DNA of 64,000 bases from Halodesulfurarchaeum sp. (lineage in GTDB: Archaea; Halobacteriota; Halobacteria; Halobacteriales; Halobacteriaceae). This document shows, piece after piece, positions 45,310 through 55,230 of the stretch. The notes beneath the pieces are model-generated. The model did not search any database, was not told the DNA's origin, and saw nothing but the letters and a program-made list of their open reading frames with translations. Position 1 is the first letter of the stretch, and every line of letters begins with the position of its first letter. The stretch is from assembly GCA_034520565.1 (NCBI GenBank), contig JAXHNL010000002.1, positions 992,001-1,056,000 on the forward strand, given 5' to 3'. A program made the position numbers and the translations under genes.

Positions 45310-45681
45310 TTAGTGTTCGATCGGGATTTCACTGCCCGTGACCGTCGCGCCCGTCACCTGTGGGAGCCGGACTTCGAGAATGCCTTTGGTGTATGAGGCC
45401 GAGATTTCCTTCTCGGTAACCGCCTTCGGGAAGCAGAACCGACGATGGAAGGTCTTGCGCTTCCCGCGAGTATCGTCCTCGTGCTCGGCGGCGATGTTGA
45501 GCACGCCCTTGTCCCAGGTAACCGTCATTTCTTCCGGATCGAACCCGGGGAGTTCGAGACTGAGGACGAACTCTCCGTCTTCCTCGTACAGTTCGCAGTC
45601 CCTGTTCCCGGTTTCGAACAGTCGACTCGGCAAGTCGAGGCCACTCATCTATGAACTAGCTGGTGTGGTTGGCAGCGGCAT
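45310..45681 (-). pseudogene. Hsp20 small heat shock protein with in-frame TAG at codon 11
   Basis: RBS GAGGTGA then MPLPTTPASS*MSGLDLPSRLFE...; alpha-crystallin domain intact. Confidence 0.75.
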
Positions 45682-45761
45682 GGCTTGTCACCTCGAATTC
45701 AGATACTTCTATGTTTGCACTTCGTACTAAAATTTTCTATCAAATACGAAGCCCACTCCCT

Positions 45762-46037
45762 TCACCGAGTATTTCGGATCAGCCCGCGTCCACCCCCGCG
45801 ATCGGAATCGGCCGACCGGGGAAGTTCCGCGATACAGGAGCGACAGAACCGGTATCCGCTCGTGTTTCGCGTGCCACATTCTGGGCAGTTGATCTGGGCC
45901 TCCTCGCCGGGTCCGGATCCGGGCTTCGGTGTCGGCGACGACCGGGAAAGCCGCTTGCGAGCGAACTGGTAGAGAAAGAGCGCGTACAGGCCCGCAATGC
46001 CGAGGAAAAAACCGATTTCCCAGGGTGATTCGAACAT
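45762..46037 (-). CDS. Small membrane-anchored zinc-ribbon protein
   Basis: N-terminal TM then CPECG...YRFCRSC. Confidence 0.7.
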   Translation of the reverse strand: MFESPWEIGFFLGIAGLYALFLYQFARKRLSRSSPTPKPGSGPGEEAQINCPECGTRNTSGYRFCRSCIAELPRSADSDRGGGRGLIRNTR

Positions 46038-46128
46038 CGTTCCCAACCGAATGGGAGGGGACCGTTTCGTGTAAACGTGTTGGGGCCTCCCCTCGACCGC
46101 GCGAGGACTGGGCCCCACTCGACGCTCG

Positions 46129-48033
46129 CTACTCCGTCCGGATCTCGAAGCGGGCGCCTCCGGACTTGCTTTCCGTGAGCGTAATCGACCATCCGTGGGC
46201 CTCCAGGATCTCCGCGACGATCTCGAGGCCCAACCCGGTCCCCTCTCGGGTCGTCGAGTAGCCCGATTCGAACACCCGCTCCCGCTGGTCTTCCGGGATT
46301 CCCGGCCCGTCGTCCGCCACGAAGAACCCCCCGTCCGTGTCCCCGACCGTGACGGTGACCGACGGGCCGGCATGCTCGACGGCGTTCCAGAAGAGGTTCT
46401 CGAACACGCGCCGCAGCCGAGACCGGTCTGCGAGTACTGTCCGGTTCGTTTCGATTTCGAGGCCCGCGTCGCCCGAGTCGACGGCGTGCCAGGCGGTTCC
46501 GGCGAGGTCGGCAAGGTCGACCGTTTCTTTCTCCGTCTGGGCCACCGTCTTTCCTCCACGGGTGAGCGTCAGAACGTCGTCGATGATCGCGTCCATTCGG
46601 CCGATAGCCCGTTCGATTTCCTCGACGTGTGGACTGGGGGATTCGGCCTTGAGAAGGTCGAGGCGCCCACTTGCCACCGTAAGTGGGGACCGGAGGTCGT
46701 GAGAGACGATGCTGGCAAATCGCTCGAGTCGCTCGTTTTCCCGCTCGAGTTCCCGTTCGCGTGCCTTCTGCTCGCTGAGATCGACGTACACGACCAGCAT
46801 TTCCGGCTCGCCGTCCGTCTCGAGGACGGCCGAGCGGAGCCGAAAGGTCCGTTCGCCGTCAGCGGCCAGCCTCGTGACTTCCCGCTCGACCATGTCGGTG
46901 GTCTCTGCAGCGCGATCGAGGTCGCGGGCCCGCTCCAGTCGGTCCTCGGGAACAAGGAGTTCGTTGACCGACCGCCCCTCGATTTCGGTCGATTCGTATC
47001 CGAACGTGTCCTCGAACGCCGAGTTGACGTCGACGACGATCGGTTCCCCCTCCTCGTACCGGATGTGGACGACTGGCTCCGGGACTGCTTCGAAGATCGC
47101 CTCCAGTCGGTTTCGTTCACGGCTCAGCGACCCCGTCCGTCGTTCGAGCGCCTCGACGTGTTCGAGGCGGTCGAGGGCGTTCCGCCCGTGGGAAACCAAT
47201 AATTCGACCAGGTCACGGTCCGTCTCGGAGAAGGCCCCCGGCTCCCGGTCGACGGCCTGAAAGACGCCATACTCGCCGATTGGGACGCTGAGAACGGAGC
47301 GGAATTCGTGTCCGACTTGCCCCGAATCGTCGTCCTCTAGATCCCGGATCAACGACGGTTTGCCTTCACGATAGGTTCGCGTGCCGATCATGTCCCCCTC
47401 GATCGGTACGCGATCGAAGTATTCCTCGACTTTTGCACCCTCCGAGACGGCTTTGGGAACGAGGTACCCGTCTTCTGCTGCGTCGGCGATTGCGGTGTCG
47501 AATTCCAGGATGTCTGCTGCGGCCGCCACGAGCTGCTCGTACACGGCTTCTTCGTTTTCGGCCTGCTGGATCTCCATTGCGACGTCCAGAAGCGCCTCGA
47601 TTTTCGCCGTCTGGGCCAGGAGCTGATCGTCCCGATCGTGATCTTCCTGAACCGGGAAGAACTGGCAGTGTGCCTGTTGGATCTCCCCCCGGTTTCCGTA
47701 CTCGACTGTCGCTTCAAAATCGACTGGCACCTCGTGTCCGGCAGCGTGGATCAACTGGAATTTCGCGTCCGAAATCCGCCCCCTCGAGAGCAATGTCTGA
47801 AATCGAGCCTGGAAGCTCTCTTCGGACTGCGGGCTGAGAAATGTCTCGAAACCGGCACCCTCGACGGTCGAACGCTCGTAGCCGAGCGCGTCGAGCCACG
47901 CCTGATTCACCCGAAGAATCGTTCCGGACGTGTCGAGTGACTGGTAGGGAATCGGGATCCAATCGACCGTTTCACCCGCCGCTCCCGAGGACGCCGTTCC
48001 CGGAGATCCGTTCTTTCCCCCTTCCTCATCCAT
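46129..48033 (-). CDS. PAS/GAF sensor histidine kinase
   Basis: PAS-GAF-PAS; SHDLRSPL H-box; N, G1, F and G2 boxes. Confidence 0.93.
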   Translation of the reverse strand: MDEEGGKNGSPGTASSGAAGETVDWIPIPYQSLDTSGTILRVNQAWLDALGYERSTVEGAGFETFLSPQSEESFQARFQTLLSRGRISDAKFQLIHAAGHEVPVDFEATVEYGNRGEIQQAHCQFFPVQEDHDRDDQLLAQTAKIEALLDVAMEIQQAENEEAVYEQLVAAAADILEFDTAIADAAEDGYLVPKAVSEGAKVEEYFDRVPIEGDMIGTRTYREGKPSLIRDLEDDDSGQVGHEFRSVLSVPIGEYGVFQAVDREPGAFSETDRDLVELLVSHGRNALDRLEHVEALERRTGSLSRERNRLEAIFEAVPEPVVHIRYEEGEPIVVDVNSAFEDTFGYESTEIEGRSVNELLVPEDRLERARDLDRAAETTDMVEREVTRLAADGERTFRLRSAVLETDGEPEMLVVYVDLSEQKARERELERENERLERFASIVSHDLRSPLTVASGRLDLLKAESPSPHVEEIERAIGRMDAIIDDVLTLTRGGKTVAQTEKETVDLADLAGTAWHAVDSGDAGLEIETNRTVLADRSRLRRVFENLFWNAVEHAGPSVTVTVGDTDGGFFVADDGPGIPEDQRERVFESGYSTTREGTGLGLEIVAEILEAHGWSITLTESKSGGARFEIRTE

Positions 48034-48183
48034 CGCTCGTGATCAACACGCGGTAATTTGCTTGCCGGGTAATGAAACCCCGCGTTTACCATTCCCACTT
48101 CTCCGGGACGTTTCTGACTGTCGCGGATTGGTTTTGCGGCTGGAAACGGGAGATACATCAGCGACCGGGCGAATCACACGACA

Positions 48184-48429
48184 ATGACAACACCTCGCTC
48201 GCAACTTTTCGGCAAAACAGTCACGCTCCTGCTCATGGCCATCGGCACGGTGGCATTCACGGTACTCGGCCTGCTCGGCGAACAGGCGGGTATTTCGAAC
48301 GTCGTCGCCGGTGATCTCGCGCTGGGGGCCTGGGAGCTGTTTATCGGCTCATGGGCGCTGTTCGTGGGCGTGTACTTGCTCGGTTTCAGACAGCTCGTCC
48401 CGCGCGTCGTCGGCATCGTCGCGGACTGA
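48184..48429 (+). CDS. Small membrane protein
   Basis: 81-aa ORF with 2 TM. Confidence 0.55.
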   Translation: MTTPRSQLFGKTVTLLLMAIGTVAFTVLGLLGEQAGISNVVAGDLALGAWELFIGSWALFVGVYLLGFRQLVPRVVGIVAD

Positions 48430-48510
48430 CCGGGGGCTTCTTTCGGTCTCGGGACGGTTATTGTCAACTGCCCCCAAACTTTCATTATCCAATCCTCGGT
48501 ACATATCGGC

Positions 48511-49908
48511 ATGGTGGGAAAACTGGGTCGAACGGTTGCCGTGGTCGCCTTGGTCGTTCTCCTCGTCATTTCGCTTGGGGCGGCCAACCTCGTTATCGGC
48601 GTCGAACGAACCGCCCTGAACGGGGACTTCGTCGCTGATAGCCTGGCTGAGGAAGACGCGTACGCGGTCTTCCTCGAGGAGGCCCAGTCACAACTCGAAA
48701 ACGAAAACGAGACGACGGGGGAGGGGCCGTCGCCCGACGAACTTCTCTCGACGGTGGTGACCGAGCAGTACCTGCAAAATCAGACCGAGGCGAACATCGA
48801 CCGGGCGTATGCATACCTCCATGGCGATCGCGAGGACCTCTATCTGGCGGTCAACACGACGCCGCTGAAGGACGATCTCGCGGCCGAGCTCGCCGCTCAA
48901 CTTATGGCCGAGCAGGGGATCGCCGAATACGACCCCCGACTCGCCTCGATGACCGAAAGTGAGTCAAAGTTCCAGGCCGTCCGGGAGGAGTTCAAAGCCG
49001 AGCAGAAGGAGCGAATTCAGGAGGAGACGACGGTCGAACTCACCGACGAGCAACTCGAGACGGCCTACGACGACCGTCGCGATCAGATCCGCGAAGAAAC
49101 GATCGCCGAATTCGAGACGCAGGTCGAGGAGTCCGAGCAGCCTGCGGAACTCGAGTCGGCGATCGTGGACCTCGGGACGGTCTACATCGAAGCACTCGTT
49201 GCCGAGGACCCGAGTTACGAGCAGTTCATGACCGACGTCGAGGATGCACGGGCGGACCTCGAGGTGGCCGTGGAGCAATTCGCCCGCCAGCAACTCGACG
49301 AGGAACTTCCGGACACGATGGAACTGACCGAGCAACTGTCCCAGGAGGACCGACAGCAGCTCGACCAGCTTCGCGGGCTGGTCTCGCTACTCGACATTCT
49401 GGTCTTGGTCCTCCCGCTGGTGGCTCTCGGGGCGGCGCTGCTCCTCGGTTGGGTGACCGTGGCTCGATCCTCGGGACTGTTGATCGCCGGTGCAGTCATC
49501 ACTGTCACGGGGCTGATCGAGGCGCTCGGGTTCATGGGACTCGGTGGCCGAGCCGAGAGTGAGATCGCCGCGATTGCCTCCCAGGGTGACATGTCCGCCG
49601 GCATCTCGGAGCTGGCGATCGGGGTGGTCAATCGAGTCATTTCGGTCTTCGTCACCCAGTCGTGGGTGCTGGTCGTACTCGGGCTTGTCCTCGTCGCACT
49701 CGGAATTGCGATCCGACGGGGACTCGTCGATATCGACGATCATCCCGACGGGGACGCCGGTTTCGATCGCTCGGGGTCTGAATCCGATGGCGGGAGTGCC
49801 GATCAACCCACAGCGGACCGATCCTCTGTAGACGTGTCAGGCGAGAGCGAGGACCTCGAACGGGCGGATCCAGTCGGTGACGTGGATCGAACCGAGGACG
49901 AAACCTAA
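48511..49908 (+). CDS. Membrane protein with large acidic extracytoplasmic loop
   Basis: N-terminal TM, helical acidic domain, 3 C-terminal TM. Confidence 0.7.
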   Translation: MVGKLGRTVAVVALVVLLVISLGAANLVIGVERTALNGDFVADSLAEEDAYAVFLEEAQSQLENENETTGEGPSPDELLSTVVTEQYLQNQTEANIDRAYAYLHGDREDLYLAVNTTPLKDDLAAELAAQLMAEQGIAEYDPRLASMTESESKFQAVREEFKAEQKERIQEETTVELTDEQLETAYDDRRDQIREETIAEFETQVEESEQPAELESAIVDLGTVYIEALVAEDPSYEQFMTDVEDARADLEVAVEQFARQQLDEELPDTMELTEQLSQEDRQQLDQLRGLVSLLDILVLVLPLVALGAALLLGWVTVARSSGLLIAGAVITVTGLIEALGFMGLGGRAESEIAAIASQGDMSAGISELAIGVVNRVISVFVTQSWVLVVLGLVLVALGIAIRRGLVDIDDHPDGDAGFDRSGSESDGGSADQPTADRSSVDVSGESEDLERADPVGDVDRTEDET

Positions 49909-50016
49909 CGGGCCGAGGAGATTTATCGGTTCCTGGTGACGAACTTCCACCTGTGCTGAAACGTTTCAAACGACCGGCAGCGCCGAGATCGGTCCCTTTT
50001 CGCCTTGCGGTAGAAA

Positions 50017-50448
50017 TCAGGCGTTTTCGGGGGCGTCATCCCCGTTGTATACCACGAGATAGTAGGTCGCCGGCTCGAGATCGAGCCCGACTTCCTCGAC
50101 GTACTCAACGTCGAGGTCGATCGAGTCCGGGACCGCTTCGAAGGACTTCTCCGCCTCGAAGGCGTCGAGATTCTCCTGATCGAGGACGAACACGTTGACG
50201 TTCGACCCCTCGAGTACCTCGACGGTGTACTCGATCGTCGTGGGTTCGACGATCTCGAAGCCGTCCCCATAGTAACTCCCCGGGTCCAGCTCCTGGGTTT
50301 CCTCGTCGGTCAATGGTTCGGTACTACCCACCTCTGCCAGGCTCACTTGAACTGTCGCGGGTTCCCTACCACCGGCACAGCCGGCAAGGGCTGCAAGCGT
50401 GCTTCCCCCCACGGCCCCGATAAACACCCGTCTCGTCAGGCGATTCAT
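50017..50448 (-). CDS. Tat-exported lipoprotein
   Basis: TRRVFI twin-arginine motif plus LAGC lipobox. Confidence 0.75.
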   Translation of the reverse strand: MNRLTRRVFIGAVGGSTLAALAGCAGGREPATVQVSLAEVGSTEPLTDEETQELDPGSYYGDGFEIVEPTTIEYTVEVLEGSNVNVFVLDQENLDAFEAEKSFEAVPDSIDLDVEYVEEVGLDLEPATYYLVVYNGDDAPENA

Positions 50449-50659
50449 GTGGAAAACTCCGGAGAGACACGCCAAATAGGTTACCATTATGGCCCCACCT
50501 GGCGGATTCGAACGTGGCAGGTGGGGCGGAAACCGATCTGGCGATCACCGAGCGCTCTGCACTCTGGCCGAGACACCCCGGAAGGGGGTGAGGAGGATTT
50601 TGGTCCAGATTTTGCCAGTGGAGCGAGCGTGAGCGAGCGGAACGCAGCAAACGGTGAAA

Positions 50660-50944
50660 GGGTCGGGGCGGATTCGAACCGAAATCACTTCGCTGGCAAG
50701 CTCGCTCGTGATAGGGCTCGAATCCGCTGACCAATATACGAACGCGATCTCATGGCAGCGACACAGCGAGCTGGTCGCTGCGAAGTGAGAGTCGCCGAAT
50801 ATGGGTCGGGGCGGATTCGAACTGCTGTCACTCCGCTCCCGGTGGTCGCTCCGTTCCAACGTTCGAATCCGCCGACAAATTCACGACCGCAATCAAACGT
50901 CTCGCGACACCTACGGGTCGCTCGACGGTTTGAGTTATCGAGAA
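50660..50944 (-). repeat. tRNA-Val 3'-end-derived repeats at 143-bp period
   Basis: GGGTCGGGGCGGATTCGAAC starts at 50660, 50803 and 50946 (the tRNA itself); each copy has an inverted partner downstream. Confidence 0.85.
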
Positions 50945-51019
50945 TGGGTCGGGGCGGATTCGAACCGCCGGTCTCCTCCATGTCAAGGAGGTGTCATAGC
51001 CAGACTAGACCACCGACCC
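50945..51019 (-). tRNA. tRNA-Val (GAC)
   Basis: GGGTCGG acceptor stem, anticodon arm CCTCC TTGACAT GGAGG, TTCGAAT T-loop. Confidence 0.95.
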
Positions 51020-51092
51020 TGGCGCTTGCACCCGACCGTATCCGGTCGGAACAGTTGAAGGTTTCGAAACCACCGACCGGTGGGTGGAATTG

Positions 51093-51144
51093 CGAAAGTG
51101 TTAAGTGATGTACAAACATGTTCATCTAATACCGAAATAGTACA
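51093..51144 (+). promoter_or_regulatory. trp operon promoter with TRP-box-like operator (TGTACA-N4-TGTTCA, plus AGTACA)
   Basis: BRE CGAAA and TTAAGT TATA (51101-06) followed by TGTACA 51109-14, TGTTCA 51119-24, AGTACA 51139-44. Confidence 0.6.
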
Positions 51145-51155
51145 TTGCGTTGCCC

Positions 51156-52160
51156 ATGAAAGCATACATCGAACGCGTCGCCGAGGGCGAGGATCTCACC
51201 GTTTCACAGGCCCGCACCGCGGCGACACAGATTTTCGAGGAGGCGACTGACGCCCAGATCGGGGCACTGTTGACCGCACTGCGGGCGAAGGGCGAAACCG
51301 AAGCTGAAATCGCGGGCTTCGCCCAGGGAATGCGGGAGGCTGCCCGGACCATCGAACCCGACCGAAGTCCACTCGTTGACACCTGCGGGACCGGCGGGGA
51401 CGACTACGACACGATCAACGTCTCGACGACGAGCGCCATCGTCGCCAGCGGTGCTGGCGTCCCGATCGCCAAACATGGCAACTACTCGGTTTCGTCGTCC
51501 TCGGGCAGTGCCGACGTCCTCGAGGCGGTTGGCGTTCCGGTCGAGGCCGAACCGCCGGCGGTCGAACGGGCGATCGAGCAGGCCGGGATCGGCTTCATGC
51601 TTGCCCCCGTCTTCCACCCCGCGATGAAGGCCGTCATCGGCCCCCGACAGGAGCTGGGAATGCGCACGGTGTTCAACGTCCTCGGGCCGCTGACGAATCC
51701 CGCCGGCGCCGACGCGCAGGTTCTCGGGGTGTACGATCCCGAACTCGTCCCGCTCATCGCGCGGGCGCTCGCGCACATGCCCGTGGAACATGCGTTGGTC
51801 GTCCACGGGTCCGGGCTCGACGAGATCGCGATCCACGACGAGACGACCGTCGCCGAAGTCGAGGGCGATTCCATCGAGGAGTACACGATTCGCCCGTCAG
51901 ATCTCGGCCTTTCGCGGGCCGGTATCGAGGCCGTCTCCGGGGGCAGTCCAATGCAGAACGCGACCCACATGACCCGAATCCTCGACGGGACTGTCGACGG
52001 GGCGATGCGGGACATCATCCTTGCAAACGCTGGGGCCGCCATCTACGTCGCCGGCGAGGCAACCACCTTGGCCGACGGGGTCGAAGCGGCCGGCAGGGCG
52101 ATCGATTCCGGCAACGCGGAAGCAAAACTTGCGGATCTCGAAGGGGTCCCGGCGGCCTGA
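51156..52160 (+). CDS. trpD: Anthranilate phosphoribosyltransferase
   Basis: DTCGTGGD, KHGN, SGSAD and FNVLGPLTNP motifs. Confidence 0.96.
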   Translation: MKAYIERVAEGEDLTVSQARTAATQIFEEATDAQIGALLTALRAKGETEAEIAGFAQGMREAARTIEPDRSPLVDTCGTGGDDYDTINVSTTSAIVASGAGVPIAKHGNYSVSSSSGSADVLEAVGVPVEAEPPAVERAIEQAGIGFMLAPVFHPAMKAVIGPRQELGMRTVFNVLGPLTNPAGADAQVLGVYDPELVPLIARALAHMPVEHALVVHGSGLDEIAIHDETTVAEVEGDSIEEYTIRPSDLGLSRAGIEAVSGGSPMQNATHMTRILDGTVDGAMRDIILANAGAAIYVAGEATTLADGVEAAGRAIDSGNAEAKLADLEGVPAA

Positions 52161-52161
52161 C

Positions 52162-52794
52162 ATGGTCCGCGTGAAGGTCTGTGGGTTCACCCACGAGGAC
52201 GACGTGCAGGCGGCAATCGAGGCAGGTGTCGACGCCGTCGGGGCCATCGTCGACGTCCCGGTCGAGACGCCGCGAGAAGTCTCGCCGGAGACGGCGGCAA
52301 CGCTCTTCGAAGGCGTCCCCCCCTTCGTGAGCACCGTCCTCGTGACCATGCCGGAAACCGTCGAGCGGGCTCGGGACCTGGTCGAAACGGTCCGCCCGGA
52401 CGTGGTCCAGATACACGATGGACTCACCCCACAGGAGGTGGCGACACTTTCGGAAACCGGGGTCGGAACGATCGCATCGGTGAACCACGACGAACCCGTG
52501 ATCGAGGACTATGCACGGGACGCCGATGCGATTCTCGTCGATTCCACCGCCGAGACCGGAGCCGGTGGAACCGGCCGAACCCACGACTGGTCGGCAACCC
52601 GAGAATTCCACGCACTCGATACTCCACTTATCTTGGCGGGAGGGCTGACCCCGGACAACGTCGAGGAAGCCGTTACAACGGTTGACCCCTACGCGGTCGA
52701 CGTGGCCTCGGGGGTCGAGGGCGAACCGGGGCGAAAGGACGCTTCCATGGTCCGCAAGTTCGTCGACCGGGCTCAAACGGGGGCAGTCGAATGA
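52162..52794 (+). CDS. trpF: Phosphoribosylanthranilate isomerase
   Basis: VKVCG, GGTGRTHDW, LAGGLTPDNV and DVASGVE motifs. Confidence 0.95.
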   Translation: MVRVKVCGFTHEDDVQAAIEAGVDAVGAIVDVPVETPREVSPETAATLFEGVPPFVSTVLVTMPETVERARDLVETVRPDVVQIHDGLTPQEVATLSETGVGTIASVNHDEPVIEDYARDADAILVDSTAETGAGGTGRTHDWSATREFHALDTPLILAGGLTPDNVEEAVTTVDPYAVDVASGVEGEPGRKDASMVRKFVDRAQTGAVE

Positions 52795-54353
52795 CCGAAT
52801 TCGACGTCTCCCGGGCCGAGTTCGCCGAACTCGTATCGGGACCCGAGCCCGTGGTCGCCCGGGTCGCTGCGGAACTCCCGGTGGACGTCTCGCCCCTCCC
52901 GGCGACGGTGGCCCTCGGGGACCGGAGCGAGTACCGCTTCCTGCTGGAAAGCGGCGAAAAAACCGCCGCGAGTGATCCGGCCGACGCGTTTTCGGCCGGC
53001 ACCTCCACCGAGCGCCACGCGCGCTTCTCCTTCGTGGGGTACGATCCGGACGCGGTGATCACGCTCGATACCGACGGCGATACCGTCGAGCGGCTCCGGG
53101 ACTCCGCCGCGGCCGATCTCGTGGCACCTGGAGACGGCGACGTCCTCGATCGGCTCCGCGGAGCGCTCCCGGCCGTCGAACGCCGAGGATTTCCGGCTGG
53201 CGACCGGCAACTCCTGTCCGGCGGCGTCGTCGGCTTTCTGGCCTACGACGCGGTGTATGACCTCTGGCTCAACGAGGTCGGAATCGAACGGCCGGAGCGG
53301 CGGGTGCCGGACGCCCAGTTCGTCCTCACGACTCGAACCCTCGTCTTCGATCACGCAGCCGGGACGGTCTCGCTCGTCTTCACTCCAGTGGTCCCACCGT
53401 CGGCCGACCCAGCGTCGGTCTATGAGGACCTGGTCGCGGAGGCACGGGCCGTCACCGAAACGCTGCGGGAAAGAGCGCGGTCCTCCAGTGGGGGCTTCCA
53501 CCGCACTTCCGAACGAGCCGGGGACCGCGAGACCTACGAGAATGCCGTCGAGCAGGCGAAACGGGCCGTGAACGAGGGAGAGGTCTACCAGGCAGTCATC
53601 TCGCGGACGCGGGAACTCGACGGCGAAATCGATCCAGTCGGGCTCTACGAATCGATGCGATCCGTCAACCCCTCGCCGTACATGTACCTGCTCTCCCACG
53701 GGGACCGTTCGATCGTGGGAGCCAGTCCCGAGACGCTCGTCTCGGTCGCCGACGAGACGGTCCTGAACAATCCGATCGCCGGCACCTGCTCCCGTGGTTC
53801 GAGTCCAGCAGAGGACCGCCGGCTGGCCGGCGAGATGCTGGCCGACGACAAGGAACGGGCCGAGCACACGATGCTCGTGGATCTCTCCCGGAACGACGTC
53901 CGACGGGTGTCCCGACCGGGGAGCGTCGACGTCGAGGAGTTCATGCGCGTCCTGAAGTACAGTCACGTCCAGCACATCGAGTCGACGGTGACGGGAACGC
54001 TCCGCGAGGACCAGGACGCCTTCGACGCCATCCGGGCCTGCTTCCCGGCCGGGACCCTTTCGGGGGCACCCAAGATCCGGGCGATGGAACTCATTCACGA
54101 CCTCGAGTCGGCACCGCGCGGGGTCTACGGCGGTGGCGTGGGCTACGTCTCGTGGCAGGGGGACGCGGACATGGCGATCGTGATCCGAACGGCGACGATC
54201 GAACACGGAACGCCCGACCGATTGCGGGTCCAGGCGGGGGCCGGGGTCGTCGCCGACTCGAATCCGGCACGCGAGTACGCCGAGACCGAAGCGAAGATGG
54301 ACGGGGCGTTGTCCGCCCTCGAGGCGATCGAGAGGGGTGAGCCCAGGCCATGA
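52791..54353 (+). CDS. trpE: Anthranilate synthase component I
   Basis: NPSPYM, PIAGT, KERAEHTMLVDL and PAGTLSGAPK motifs. Confidence 0.95.
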   Translation: MTEFDVSRAEFAELVSGPEPVVARVAAELPVDVSPLPATVALGDRSEYRFLLESGEKTAASDPADAFSAGTSTERHARFSFVGYDPDAVITLDTDGDTVERLRDSAAADLVAPGDGDVLDRLRGALPAVERRGFPAGDRQLLSGGVVGFLAYDAVYDLWLNEVGIERPERRVPDAQFVLTTRTLVFDHAAGTVSLVFTPVVPPSADPASVYEDLVAEARAVTETLRERARSSSGGFHRTSERAGDRETYENAVEQAKRAVNEGEVYQAVISRTRELDGEIDPVGLYESMRSVNPSPYMYLLSHGDRSIVGASPETLVSVADETVLNNPIAGTCSRGSSPAEDRRLAGEMLADDKERAEHTMLVDLSRNDVRRVSRPGSVDVEEFMRVLKYSHVQHIESTVTGTLREDQDAFDAIRACFPAGTLSGAPKIRAMELIHDLESAPRGVYGGGVGYVSWQGDADMAIVIRTATIEHGTPDRLRVQAGAGVVADSNPAREYAETEAKMDGALSALEAIERGEPRP

Positions 54354-54997
54354 AGGTGCTCGTCGTCGACAATTACGACTCGTTCACGTACAATCTCGTC
54401 GAGTACGTTTCGGAGAGCCACTTGCCGGACGGGAGTCGACCCGAGACGGTCGTCGTGAAGAACACGGTCGATCTCGAACGCATCCGGGCGTAAGCCCCCG
54501 ACGCGATCGTCATCAGTCCCGGCCCCGGTCATCCGAAAAACGACCGAGACGTCGGGGTGTCCACAGCCGTGCTCACGGACGTGGCCAAAACGATACCCAC
54601 GATGGGCGTCTGTCTCGGAATGGAGGCGGCCGTCTCGGTTTACGGTGGCACGGTCGGCGCCGCTCCGGAGCCGGTCCACGGCAAGGCCGCCTCCGTGGAA
54701 CACGACGGTCGGGGGATCTTCGACGGGATCGAGCAGGGGTTTCAGGGCGGGCGGTACCACTCACTTCTCGCCCTCGACGTGCCGGATTGCTTCGAGATCT
54801 CCGCCCGAACCGAGCACGACGGCCAGCGAATCCCGATGGCGATTCGGCACCGCGAGTATCCGATCGTTGCCGTTCAGTTCCACCCGGAGAGCGTGCTCAC
54901 TGCCGTCGGACATCACATCGTGGGGAACTTCCTCGCGGCCGTCCGGGCGGGTCGGTTTCCGGCCCCGAAAGAACCGGCAGCGAAAACCGATTTCTGA
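54350..54997 (+). pseudogene. trpG: Anthranilate synthase component II with in-frame TAA at 54491-54493
   Basis: MKVLVVDNYDSFTYNL...ERIRA*APDAIVISPGPGHP...GVCLG...QFHPES in one frame. Confidence 0.9.
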
Positions 54998-55230
54998 GCC
55001 GATCGGGCGACTCGGGAACGAGTTTGGCCAATTTCACTTTCGGTCCGCTGGGAGTAGGCTTATACTGGTCCCACCGTTACCCGAGTAGTGGTTACACACC
55101 CGCCAGGTGTGGTCTTGCTCCACACCCCGAAGGCGGGAACTGAAGCGTCTCAGCCGGCGTAGGGCCAATCCGGTACAGCACACATGCACATTGGACATTC
55201 GTTAACAGATTCGACACTGGAGGTATCGAG

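Noticed and set aside
45649-45651. Pyrrolysine or selenocysteine recoding of in-frame stops
   Set aside because: No pyl or sel machinery in the window, the trpG stop is TAA, and point mutation or sequencing error is simpler
50660-50966. Possible CRISPR array
   Set aside because: Only three copies, about 123 nt between them, the repeat is a tRNA 3' end, and no cas genes are present
55090-55200. Cobalamin riboswitch before the B12-dependent RNR
   Set aside because: Conserved B12-box elements are not recognisable; kept only as a low-interest leader
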